A stretch of 59,475 nt of DNA from an uncultured Lachnospiraceae bacterium. Its GTDB lineage: Bacteria; Bacillota; Clostridia; Oscillospirales; CAG-272. Under the pieces are notes generated by a model. The model saw nothing but the letters and a program-made list of their open reading frames with translations, had not been told where the DNA came from and did no database searches. Made by a program: the position numbers and the translations under genes. The stretch is taken from positions 1-59,475 of the forward strand of contig CAZUWA010000003.1 of NCBI GenBank assembly GCA_964623895.1. Reading direction: 5' to 3'. Positions 19,610 to 29,000 of the stretch are shown here, in pieces (positions within the stretch are counted from its first letter, which is position 1; each line of letters opens with the position of its first letter).

Positions 19610-19646
19610 AAACGAAGCTCCTTGTAAAGATAATTGCCGTATACAC

Positions 19647-19674
19647 AAAAAAATCGGAAGTCCACCGGACTTCC
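19647..19674 (-). terminator. intrinsic terminator / attenuator inside the metQNI leader
   Basis: The minus strand reads GGAAGTCC-ggt-GGACTTCC followed by GATTTTTTTG. It lies 36 nt after the leader ORF stop and about 200 nt before metQ. Confidence 0.75.
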
Positions 19675-19710
19675 TCAGCTTCCTCCCCATGATATAGATA
19701 GGGAAAAATC

Positions 19711-19800
19711 TTATGCGGAATAGCGGCGAACGATTGCATCAGAAAAAGCGTACATGTTGCACATGCACATAGAACACATTGTCATGCTAAACTTCTTCAT
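19711..19800 (-). CDS. candidate Met/Cys-rich leader peptide (29 aa, MKKFSMTMCSMCMCNMYAFSDAIVRRYSA)
   Basis: My own translation. GAAGGAGA lies 6 nt upstream of the ATG, and the ORF begins about 25 nt downstream of the predicted promoter. Codons 6-16 comprise 5 Met and 3 Cys. Confidence 0.45.
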   Translation of the reverse strand: MKKFSMTMCSMCMCNMYAFSDAIVRRYSA

Positions 19801-19830
19801 ACCCGTTCTCCTTCTTCGTTTGTTGCCACG

Positions 19831-19859
19831 ATGATACCATACTTTTTTAACCTTGTCAA
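19831..19859 (-). promoter_or_regulatory. promoter of the met leader/metQNI operon (TTGACA-17-TGgTATCAT)
   Basis: The minus strand reads ctaTTGACAaggttaaaaaagtatggTATCAT. Confidence 0.7.
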
Positions 19860-19987
19860 TAGTTTTTTTGAATTTTGTCATTTTTTTCGTATTTCTCTAT
19901 GATTGCACAGTGTTTTCGTCATTTTTCACAATTATTCACTTTATGCAGAAAAATATGAAAAAATATTCACTTTTTTCAAAAAACCTA

Positions 19988-20016
19988 TTGACAAGGTCAA
20001 AAAAGCGTGCTATACT
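19988..20016 (+). promoter_or_regulatory. promoter of the amino-acid ABC operon (TTGACA-17-TGcTATACT)
   Basis: Read directly: ctaTTGACAaggtcaaaaaagcgtgcTATACT. The -35 region is embedded in the palindrome TTGAC-aag-GTCAA. Confidence 0.7.
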
Positions 20017-20080
20017 CTCTCCAAGTTCAAAAAACAAAACCCGAAATCATTGGGACGAGAACAAAGAAGGAGAAAATATC

Positions 20081-20905
20081 ATGAAAAAAACACTTTCCCT
20101 TGTACTTGCTGTTTTAATGCTGGTACTCGCTGCATCCGCATTCGTTTCCTGCACAGGATCAGACACATCCACAGAGGACTCTGCCCCCACCCTCTCTGTC
20201 ACCCCTTCCGCTTCAAACGATACAGAAAAACAGGTTTTGAAGATGGGCACAAATGCTTATTTCAAACCTTATGAATTCCATGAGGGCGAGACAATCGTCG
20301 GTATCGACGCAGAGATCGCGGCAGCAATTGCCAAGAAACTCGGTATGACTCTCGAAATCAGTGATATGGAGTTCGACTCCCTTCTAACCGCTGTAAACGC
20401 AGGCGATATCGATTTCGCTATGGCAGGTATGACCGTTACCCCAGAGCGTTTGGAAGAAGTAGATTTCTCTACCTCCTACGCCAATGGTGTTCAGGTGATC
20501 ATTGTTAAAGAAGGCTCCGCAATTACCTGCTATGATGACCTCGTTGCAGAGGATGCAACCTATACAGTAGGCGTTCAGATCGGTACAACCGGTGACATGT
20601 ATGCAACAGATGAGTTTGGTGAAAGCAGAGTTACCGGTTATGCAAACGGAAATGAAGCAGCGCTTGCACTGTCCGGAGGTGCTGTTGACTGCGTGATCAT
20701 CGATAACGAACCTGCAAAAGCACTTGTTGCAGCAAATCAGGGTCTGAAAATTCTTGAGACAGAATATGCAAATGAGGATTATGCAATTGCTGTAAAAAAA
20801 GGAAACACAGAACTACTCAACAATATCAACGCAGCGATCGCTGAACTGATCGCTGATGGTACTGTCGATTCGATCATTGCAAAATACATCCCCGCTGAAG
20901 GCTGA
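20081..20905 (+). CDS. polar amino-acid ABC transporter substrate-binding lipoprotein
   Basis: A lipobox (AFVSC) and type-II SBP motifs (GIDAEIAAAIAKKLG, AGMTVTPER). AAGGAGA lies upstream of the ATG at 20081. Confidence 0.88.
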   Translation: MKKTLSLVLAVLMLVLAASAFVSCTGSDTSTEDSAPTLSVTPSASNDTEKQVLKMGTNAYFKPYEFHEGETIVGIDAEIAAAIAKKLGMTLEISDMEFDSLLTAVNAGDIDFAMAGMTVTPERLEEVDFSTSYANGVQVIIVKEGSAITCYDDLVAEDATYTVGVQIGTTGDMYATDEFGESRVTGYANGNEAALALSGGAVDCVIIDNEPAKALVAANQGLKILETEYANEDYAIAVKKGNTELLNNINAAIAELIADGTVDSIIAKYIPAEG

Positions 20906-21012
20906 TCATTCGATTTACAACACAACATTCATTTTTTCGGGATTCCGCTTTTACGGAATCCCGAATTGTGTCTTTCTTTTCAGTTATAAACAGCCACGAA
21001 AGGGTCAATATA

Positions 21013-22398
21013 ATGAATAAAAAACAGAAAATTCTTCTCTACACCCTTCTGCCGATCTTATTGATCGTTTTGATCTTTGCAGTGCTCTTAATCGACAAAT
21101 ACAGTGCCGGTGTTCCAAACGATGTCACCAAAGATGAGGCACAAACCTTAATCGATGAAGCTTTTGCAAAGATCCCACTTCCCATCGCACCGGCGGCTAA
21201 CAAAATTTATGAGTCGTCAGATATCACCGTAAACAGCCTTGATTACGATGTTAAAACAGTGATCGCGCATTGCAGCTTTGAAACAGTTGACATTGCCACA
21301 CTCTATAACGAGTATAAAACTCAGATATTCAGTGATGTTTACAACTATTTCACCAAAGAAACCGAAGCGGGAAAGAAAGTTTCGCAAACGCATATTCTGA
21401 TCCACTTTGGTGAGCAAATCAACACATTGGTAGACGGCGCTTCGAAAACGAGCGGCGAGATCGATATTTATATCTATGATGTAGACGAAACACTGACAGT
21501 CTACCTTGATGATACAGTAGTTGACAAGGTTTTTGGCGGCATTCTTTCCGTTAGAGAAGACATTGATAAAACCGAAACAATTACGGTGTCTGGAGAAGAA
21601 GTTTCAATTATAAACAACAATTCTCTTCGTAAGGGGATAGCACAATGTTTCGGTCTTACAAACTATGATACCGAAAAGCCGGATACTTCTACCAAACTTC
21701 TTCGCCTGTGGAATTCCTTCCGCTCTGATTTTTACAAGAACTTTATCGAAGAAGATCGTTGGACATTCCTTGCGACAGGTTTAGGTAATACGCTTTTACT
21801 CACTCTCTGCGCTTTGATTTTGGGCGTGGTCGTCGGTTTTTTAACCGCTATGATACGTTGCACACACGATAAAGAAGGAAAATTCGGATTTCTGAACGGT
21901 ATTTGTTCGCTATACGTAACCATCATCAGAGGGACACCGGTCATGGTGCAGTTACTGATTATTTATTTTGTCCTCTTATTACCGTTGGGCGTTCACAAAT
22001 TCCTTGCCGCAGTCATCTGCTTCGGTCTCAACAGTGGTGCTTATGTGTCTGAGATCATCCGTGGCGGTATTATGGCAATTGATGTCGGACAGTTTGAAGC
22101 CGGCAGATCACTTGGTTTCAACTACGCACAGACGCTCTTCCTGATCGTTCTTCCCCAAGCATTTAAAGCAGTCCTACCCTCACTGTGCAATGAATTTATT
22201 GCCCTCTTGAAGGAAACATCCGTTGCCTTCTACATCGGTATAGGTGACCTCACAAGAGGCGGTTTAAAAATTCGTGCGATAACATACAGCAACTTTATGC
22301 CGCTTATCGCGGTGGCACTGATCTACCTTATTGTGGTATTGCTCCTCACAAAATTGGTAGGACTTCTTGAAAGGAGGCTTCGTAAGAGTGAACGCTGA
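21013..22398 (+). CDS. amino-acid ABC transporter permease fused to an N-terminal TM anchor plus a ~215-aa extracytoplasmic domain of unknown function
   Basis: The C-terminal ~220 aa form a HisM/GlnP-type permease (EAA loop [14 protein letters not shown]). The N-terminal 245 aa have no SBP motifs that I recognise. The start is set at MNKKQK. Confidence 0.8.
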   Translation: MNKKQKILLYTLLPILLIVLIFAVLLIDKYSAGVPNDVTKDEAQTLIDEAFAKIPLPIAPAANKIYESSDITVNSLDYDVKTVIAHCSFETVDIATLYNEYKTQIFSDVYNYFTKETEAGKKVSQTHILIHFGEQINTLVDGASKTSGEIDIYIYDVDETLTVYLDDTVVDKVFGGILSVREDIDKTETITVSGEEVSIINNNSLRKGIAQCFGLTNYDTEKPDTSTKLLRLWNSFRSDFYKNFIEEDRWTFLATGLGNTLLLTLCALILGVVVGFLTAMIRCTHDKEGKFGFLNGICSLYVTIIRGTPVMVQLLIIYFVLLLPLGVHKFLAAVICFGLNSGAYVSEIIRGGIMAIDVGQFEAGRSLGFNYAQTLFLIVLPQAFKAVLPSLCNEFIALLKETSVAFYIGIGDLTRGGLKIRAITYSNFMPLIAVALIYLIVVLLLTKLVGLLERRLRKSER

Positions 22399-23140
22399 CA
22401 ACCGTAAAGTAATTATTGAAGTAAAAAGTCTGAAAAAGCATTATAACGAAGGCGTGGTACACGCTCTCGACGGTGTAGATCTGGAGATTTGCGAGGGAGA
22501 AGTCGTGGTGATCATCGGTCCTTCAGGCAGCGGCAAATCCACCCTGCTACGTTCTTTGAATCTATTGGAGATCCCCACAGAAGGACACATCCTGTGCGAA
22601 GGAGTCGATATTACCAATAAAAAAGTCAATATCAACAAGCATCGTATGAAGGTCGGCATGGTATTCCAACACTTCAACCTCTTTCCCCACAAGACTGTTC
22701 TTGAAAATATGACGATGGCGCCGAAAATATTGCTTCACAAAACTGCTGAGGAAGCCGATCAAAAAGCGCTTGAACTTCTTGAGCGTGTCGGCTTGAAAGA
22801 TCGCGCGAATGCCTATCCTTCCCAACTTTCAGGAGGTCAAAAACAGCGTGTCGCAATTGTTCGTGCCCTTTGCATGGAGCCGGAAGTATTACTCTTTGAT
22901 GAGCCAACCTCTGCACTTGACCCGGAAATGGTCGGCGAAGTACTGGAAGTTATGAAAAGTCTTGCCAAAACCGGCATAACCATGGTCTGCGTCACGCACG
23001 AAATGGGATTTGCGCGTGAAGTCGGTACGAGAGTGATCTTTATGGACGGAGGACAGATCATTGAACAAGGCACGCCGTCTGACATATTCGATCATCCGCA
23101 AAGTGCAAGATTGCAGTCTTTCCTGTCAAAAATTCTTTGA
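22388..23140 (+). CDS. amino-acid ABC transporter ATP-binding protein
   Basis: Walker A (GPSGSGKST), signature (LSGGQKQR) and Walker B ([11 protein letters not shown]) are present. The start is uncertain: GTG at 22388 is 10 nt after GGAGG, and TTG at 22367 is the alternative. Confidence 0.9.
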   Translation: MNADNRKVIIEVKSLKKHYNEGVVHALDGVDLEICEGEVVVIIGPSGSGKSTLLRSLNLLEIPTEGHILCEGVDITNKKVNINKHRMKVGMVFQHFNLFPHKTVLENMTMAPKILLHKTAEEADQKALELLERVGLKDRANAYPSQLSGGQKQRVAIVRALCMEPEVLLFDEPTSALDPEMVGEVLEVMKSLAKTGITMVCVTHEMGFAREVGTRVIFMDGGQIIEQGTPSDIFDHPQSARLQSFLSKIL

Positions 23141-23246
23141 CAGGAGGCTGTTTTCGATTAAATTGCACAAATGGGGCGAAGATTACAGATAATTGCTTGC
23201 AACCATTGTGTATTATTACAATTTTCATATTTTTTAAAATTTTTAT

Positions 23247-23275
23247 TTGATTTTATTAAAAAAATATGCTATAAT
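23247..23275 (+). promoter_or_regulatory. promoter TTGATT-17-TGcTATAAT upstream of hup
   Basis: Read directly, within a very AT-rich upstream region. Confidence 0.6.
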
Positions 23276-23326
23276 CCGATCGTCAACATCAAAATATAAA
23301 CGATTTAAACAGAGGTTTTACAAAAA

Positions 23327-23602
23327 ATGACTAAGAAAGAACTCGCATCCGCCGTTGCTGAAAAAACAGGACTGACTAAAAAGGATTCGGAGGCTGCTGT
23401 AAATGCCGTTATCGAAACATTAACAGAGGCACTCGCGAATGGCGAGACCGTTCAGCTTACCGGCTTTGGCACTTTTGTTGCCAAAGAACGCGCTGCGCGC
23501 AAGGGCATCGACCCTCGCACCAAAATGACTATTGACATTCCTGCCACAAGAGTTCCCTCCTTTAAAGCAGGCAAGGTCTTAAAAGACGCCGTAGGCAAGT
23601 AA
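23327..23602 (+). CDS. hup: DNA-binding protein HU
   Basis: A 91-aa protein with [20 protein letters not shown] and the arm sequence [20 protein letters not shown]. Confidence 0.95.
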   Translation: MTKKELASAVAEKTGLTKKDSEAAVNAVIETLTEALANGETVQLTGFGTFVAKERAARKGIDPRTKMTIDIPATRVPSFKAGKVLKDAVGK

Positions 23603-23618
23603 TTTACACAAAACGATC

Positions 23619-23655
23619 GGGCAGAAAGAAGAATTCTGCCCGTTTGTTCTTTCTG
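23619..23655 (+). terminator. intrinsic terminator after hup
   Basis: GGGCAGAA-agaagaa-TTCTGCCC followed by GTTTGTTCTTTCT. Confidence 0.75.
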
Positions 23656-23670
23656 TAAGAGGTTGACTGT

Positions 23671-25935
23671 ATGAAGAAATTTCTATTAAAAATACAAGAT
23701 CTGATTTATGGCAGACCGCTTGGGTGTAGTTGCCTGTTTTTGATGATCCTTGCTTTTTTGTTGTTGTTTGCTCCGACCGTTCTCAAGATCACACTGATTC
23801 TCTCCGGAACCTTTGGTTTCATATTCTTTTTGATTGCGGCTTTAAAAGGAAAGTATCATCAAAAGCGCCGTCCTTTTCTTGCTGTTGCAGTCGCTTTTCT
23901 TCTTTTGTCCCTCTCTTCCGCTTCTTGTTTTCTTTCATATGACCTCTACGACAAAAGAGTTTCGGAACTTGCTGTATTAGAGGAAACAGTGACCGTAAAA
24001 GGCTATCCTGTGGAAATAATTTATGAAGAAAACTTTTCCTCTCTTTATGTCATCAAGGTTACACATCTCAACGGAAAACGCGTTTTCGGTGTCCGAATTC
24101 TCGGAGAATTTTCCGGCAGATTTGCTCCTCTATATACGGTATATCAAGGCACGGTTTCGCTAAAAGTACCGGGTGACACCGATCCGTCCTTCGATGAATA
24201 CACCTACTATCGTAAACAAGGCATTCACGCAACCGCAGTTTGTGAAGATGAATTTATTTCCACCGGAAAATCAGTTAAAACGCCTGAAGCTTTTTTCTAT
24301 GACATGCGCACTGTTATCGGCAACATCATTGAAGACCACACCAAGGTCGGCTCTGCCGAATGCGGACTTTTAACAGTACTTTTGACCGCAGATACCTCGA
24401 AGATTCCTGACGATGTTCAAAGAAATTTCAAAACGCTCGGTCTTTCACATATCCTCGCCATCAGCGGTATGCACCTTTCTGTTTTGTTTACCGTATTTGA
24501 TTATATTTTGCGAAAATTCAAACTGAGTATCAAGCCGCGTTCAATCATACTGACCATATTTATTCTGTTCTATATGGGTCTTTGTGGGTTTACTCTGTCG
24601 GTAGTACGTGCAGGAATCATGCTGTTTATGTTCATGCTTTCTTTGGTAGTCGGCGAACCTACCGACACACTCACGCCCCTTTTGCTCGCAGGCGGTTTGA
24701 TCTGCTTGTTGTCACCGTATGCCATCTACGACTGTGGATTTTTGCTTTCATTCTTTGCAACGCTCGGTTTGTTGACAGTAGGTAACCAACTGACAGTCAG
24801 AAAAAGAATGAAGATGAAATGGTATCAAAAGGTACTTTGCTACTTCGAAGCTTCCCTCGCCGCATCACTTGCTGCACAACTTGCCGTATTACCGATCGTA
24901 TACGACACTTTCGGATATCTATCTTTAGCGTCTCCTGTTTTTACACTTCTTCTTTCGCCGATATTCACGGCAATATTGTATATTGAACCATTTGCCATTC
25001 TGTTTTCTTTTATTCCGTTTTTTTCTGAAATACTGTTTATTCCTCTGAAGCATCTATGCAAAATTGCAGTGTGGATCACCGATCTTTCATCTTATGTCTG
25101 CCATCTGACTGTCAGCATCGACAGAAGGATCACGGTGATATTCATTGCGGTCATCATTCTTCTTTTCTTTCTGTTTTTCTTCTCTGAACATAAAAGAATG
25201 ATCTCTCTGATCCTTACCGCAAGTTATTTCGTCTTCTGCGGAATTTCTTATGTACTCCCCTATTACAGCAAACCGATTGCCGTATTTGCAGTTAACAATG
25301 ATAATGATATACTTTGGCTTTCCGATGCTAAAAATGAAAGCGCACTTATTGATTTGTCAAACGGAAGTTTTACAAATCAAAATCTCGCTCTGTATTACAC
25401 TTCAGAAAGAACAAAAGACAGAAACCCGGAAACGATCGTTCTCACCCATTATCATCAACGGCATATCGCAACATTCAATCGACTTTGTATGAGATATTAT
25501 ATTGATCAGATCTATCTTCCGACACCTATGGAACAGGATGAAAACGTCTATCAGTCAATTATTTCTATCGCAAAAAATCATAACGTCAAAGTGAACATTT
25601 ATGATGGCAACAGCGAATTTGAGATCTGCGGCTATATCTTCTTCGGTTATGACCGACAGTATTTGAAACGCTCGACTCATCCTGTATTTACCTTCTGTCT
25701 CAGCCGAGGGGAAGAATGCGTTCGCTATTTTTCTTCCTCATATCCGGAGGTAGCACAAGATAACCTCTTTCAAAACAGCAATTATTTCGGCACGCACGGG
25801 CCGATTATCAAAACAAGGCTCAAAGAGCGCTTACTTTCTGCTTCTTCCTTCTTTGCAAGCGAAGAAGTCTACAGGGATTATCAACTGTACAAGAAGTATT
25901 CTGATGATGACCTGCTTTACTTTGAATTTGAATAG
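23671..25935 (+). CDS. comEC: ComEC/Rec2 DNA internalisation channel protein
   Basis: Many TM helices, the competence-domain signature LGLSHILAISGMHL and a C-terminal metallo-beta-lactamase-like region. Confidence 0.88.
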   Translation: MKKFLLKIQDLIYGRPLGCSCLFLMILAFLLLFAPTVLKITLILSGTFGFIFFLIAALKGKYHQKRRPFLAVAVAFLLLSLSSASCFLSYDLYDKRVSELAVLEETVTVKGYPVEIIYEENFSSLYVIKVTHLNGKRVFGVRILGEFSGRFAPLYTVYQGTVSLKVPGDTDPSFDEYTYYRKQGIHATAVCEDEFISTGKSVKTPEAFFYDMRTVIGNIIEDHTKVGSAECGLLTVLLTADTSKIPDDVQRNFKTLGLSHILAISGMHLSVLFTVFDYILRKFKLSIKPRSIILTIFILFYMGLCGFTLSVVRAGIMLFMFMLSLVVGEPTDTLTPLLLAGGLICLLSPYAIYDCGFLLSFFATLGLLTVGNQLTVRKRMKMKWYQKVLCYFEASLAASLAAQLAVLPIVYDTFGYLSLASPVFTLLLSPIFTAILYIEPFAILFSFIPFFSEILFIPLKHLCKIAVWITDLSSYVCHLTVSIDRRITVIFIAVIILLFFLFFFSEHKRMISLILTASYFVFCGISYVLPYYSKPIAVFAVNNDNDILWLSDAKNESALIDLSNGSFTNQNLALYYTSERTKDRNPETIVLTHYHQRHIATFNRLCMRYYIDQIYLPTPMEQDENVYQSIISIAKNHNVKVNIYDGNSEFEICGYIFFGYDRQYLKRSTHPVFTFCLSRGEECVRYFSSSYPEVAQDNLFQNSNYFGTHGPIIKTRLKERLLSASSFFASEEVYRDYQLYKKYSDDDLLYFEFE

Positions 25936-25944
25936 TCCTTTTTA

Positions 25945-25979
25945 ATATCTCTTCCTTACTTGGAAGGGATATTTTTTTC
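25945..25979 (+). terminator. intrinsic terminator after comEC
   Basis: ATATCTCTTCC-ttact(t)-GGAAGGGATAT (11 bp including one G-U pair) followed by TTTTTTT. Confidence 0.75.
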
Positions 25980-26022
25980 GTGATCGGAAAATACTATCCA
26001 AAAAACCCAAAGAAGGTAAAAA

Positions 26023-29000
26023 ATGAATTTACGAACGATCTACAAAAAAGTTAAAAAACATCCGGAAATCGCAGACAACACGATTCTATGCGCCGCTCTG
26101 TATGCCGCATCGGAAAACAAAGCTCTAAAAAACACCGCATGTAAAGATCTCATTCTCGCATTTTCCGAACATCTTTTAAAAAAAGATACACTGAATGATT
26201 GCGAAGAATACCTCAGTAGCTATTTTTCGAAAAAGCCTCCTTCCGACAAATTATTGCATCTTTCACGTGATTGCCTTCTTGCGGGGTTGTTATACTATCT
26301 TTCCCTTGAAAATGCCGATTTTTCGCCTGCTCATTCAATTTTTCTGAAAATTGATCGCTGTGATTACGATGCACTCTTCAAACGCTATTCCGAAGTACAC
26401 AGAATTCTCTGTGGCAGAAACTGCTTTCATTACCGCATCACTGATGAAGAGGGACAGCGATACATCAGAGAACTGGTGTATCGCTACGCCCAAAGCCATC
26501 GGATTACCGAAAAGAATGCCGCCGGTCTTCTTACAGAAGAAGACCTTCGTTTTAAGCGCCAACGTATCAAATACTTCTACGGCGGATTGTTGATATTCCT
26601 GACTGCACTGTTTTGGACATTTTTGATCTTATATTGCGGTGTTCTTCCTTTTCTTTTCCTTGCAATTCCCGGTTTTATGTTGGCATATGAGATCATACAG
26701 ATTGTTGCTTCCTTCTTTCTGAAAACCGCCCCCGTGCTCAAGATCAAAAAAAACTCAGAAGAAGCAACTGTGCTGACTGTTATTACTTCAATTCTTACCA
26801 GCGAAAAAGATGCAGACAAATTAGTAAAAAAACTTTATAAAATGCGTCGAATGAATCGGAATGGTGCGCATCTCTTCGGACTGCTCCTTGATTTTCCGGA
26901 AGGAACACAACCGGAATTTGATGGGGAAAAGGCGCTCATAGACTATTTAGTCAAAAAGATCAACGAACTCAATAAGAAAGAAAACTGCTTTCTGCTCTTT
27001 ATCCGAAAAAGGAGCTATCTTTCTAAAGAACAAAAATATCTCGGTTGGGAACGAAAAAGAGGGGCGCTTATCCAGTTGGCTCGTCTTTCACGCGGCATGG
27101 ATGAAAATGCCTTTTCAGCCTTGATCGCAGATCCAAATAAACTGAAAAGCGCAAAGTATATTTTGACTCTTGATGCTGATACCGAGCTTCGCTTCGACGC
27201 AGTGGACTGCATGATGCGTGCCATGCTCCACCCTTACAACAAACCGATCGTCAAAAACGGCATCGTTATTTCCGGATACGGTATTCTGCAACCGCGTATC
27301 GTCACCGGAGTAGACTCCTTTGGGCGTTCCCCGTTTTCTGTTCTCTTTTCCGGAAGCGGAGGAATTGACAGTTATCAAAATACCGTTTTTGATTTTTATC
27401 AATGTGTTTTCGGAAAAACAGCTTTCTGCGGAAAAGGCATCTTTGATATTGACGTTTTTCTTGAAACAGTAGACGGAAAATTCCCGGAAAACAGAATTCT
27501 CAGTCATGATATCTTAGAAGGAACAAGAATGCGTTGCGGCGCAATGACAGAATTGGCACTCACCGATTCTACCCCTGCAACAGCACTATCCTATTATAAA
27601 AGGCAACACCGATGGCTTCGCGGAGACTATCAAAATATTCTGTTTCTTCTCCCGCGTCTCCCGGACGGCACGGTCAATCCGATCGACAAAGTCTCTTTAT
27701 TCATGCTTTTTATGAATGTCATCCGGGGAATCACCCCTATCTTTTCCCTTGCCTCCCTCTTTTTCGCGACACCTATGACAGAATCGAAGTGCTTTGTTTT
27801 TTTGACATTCTCATTTTCCTATATGCTTTTTCCGCTCTTGTATACTGTGTTACGTACCGCTCGCTATATCGGAAGGCAGTTTTATTCTCCGGCACTTCAA
27901 AATGTCTGGCAATCGGTATGTCAAACGGCATTCACACTCTCTGCGCTTTCCTTTACCTCGTTTCTCTCGGCAGATGCACTGATTAAAGCACTCTACCGAT
28001 CACTGATCTCTGAAAAGAAACTGCTCGAATGGGTCACTGCGGATCAGTCGGAAAGAAAAAACAAAAATAAAAAAGGGGCGGCGCTGCTCGGCATATACTT
28101 CAAAAAAACTTTCCTTTCGACGACGGTTGGACTGCTGATGCTCTTTTTTTCGCATGGAGGATTCATCCGCATGTTTGGACTGTCTTTTGTCCTTTTTCCG
28201 CTCGTCTCTTATCTGATTTCACGCCCTTTTAAACAAAGAGAACCAACATTCAAGGATCAAACGACTGTACTTCGCTATGCAAAAGACAGTTTTAATTTTT
28301 TTGATCAATTCGTAACCGAAAAAGAACGGTATCTTCCTCCTGACAACTTTCAGGAGATACCGGATGAAACGATCGCACACCGAACGTCACCTACGAATAT
28401 CGGACTGTATCTATCTTCTTTGGTTGTCGCGTACGATCTGGGGTTCATTCGGGAAAAAGAACTGCTTCGTCGTTTGTCTCTAACGATCGACAGCACACTT
28501 TCCCTTCCGAAATACAGTGGACATCTTTACAATTGGTACAACACGCAAACCGGAGAGATCCTCGGGACGCCGTATATCTCATCTGTCGACAGCGGCAATT
28601 TCGTCATTTCTCTCATCGCCGTGAAGGAAGCGATCAAAGATCTGCCCGACAGTGCGCATCTCGTTAAAAAAATTGAACAAATGATCTGCGACACCAATTT
28701 TTCCTTTCTGTATGATCCAAAGAAAAAACTGCTTTCCATCGGATACGATCCCATTAAAGAAGAACGTAGTGAAAACTGCTATGACCTCTATGCCAGCGAA
28801 GCGCGCAGTTCCTATATCTTCGCGATTGCAAAAGGCCAGATTCCCATTGAAAGTTGGGCAAAACTCTTTCGACCAATCACTGTCAAAAACGGCTATATCG
28901 GGATACTTTCTTGGTCAGGTACGGCTTTTGAATACTTTATGCCATCTCTCTTCTTCCCGATATATCGTAACACATTACAATATGAATTGCTCTGCTTTGC

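Noticed and set aside
19449-19739. N-terminal extensions of track ORFs: metQ up to 19739, the SBP from 19853, metN up to 18510, the lipoprotein up to 55357, the rSAM gene up to 43473, dnaE up to 8232 and ispA up to 16057.
   Set aside because: Internal start codons with proper GGAGG-type SD sites and canonical N-termini (signal peptides, Walker or PHP motifs) are much better supported. The extensions run through promoters, leaders or neighbouring genes.
19449-19830. A known SAM (S-box) riboswitch or Met T-box in the metQNI leader.
   Set aside because: I looked for the conserved S-box cores (GGUGCUAA, AGGGAC/GCCC junctions) and the T-box sequence (GGGUGGUACCGCG) on the minus strand and found none. 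This was a visual check only and needs a covariance-model scan.
20938-20965. Hairpin CGGGATTCCG-cttta-CGGAATCCCG between the SBP and permease genes, considered as a terminator.
   Set aside because: It has no U-tract and the permease and ATPase genes clearly belong to the same transporter. It is more likely a partial attenuator or mRNA-stability stem that sets SBP-to-permease stoichiometry. A similar weak stem lies between metQ and metN at about 18560-18585.
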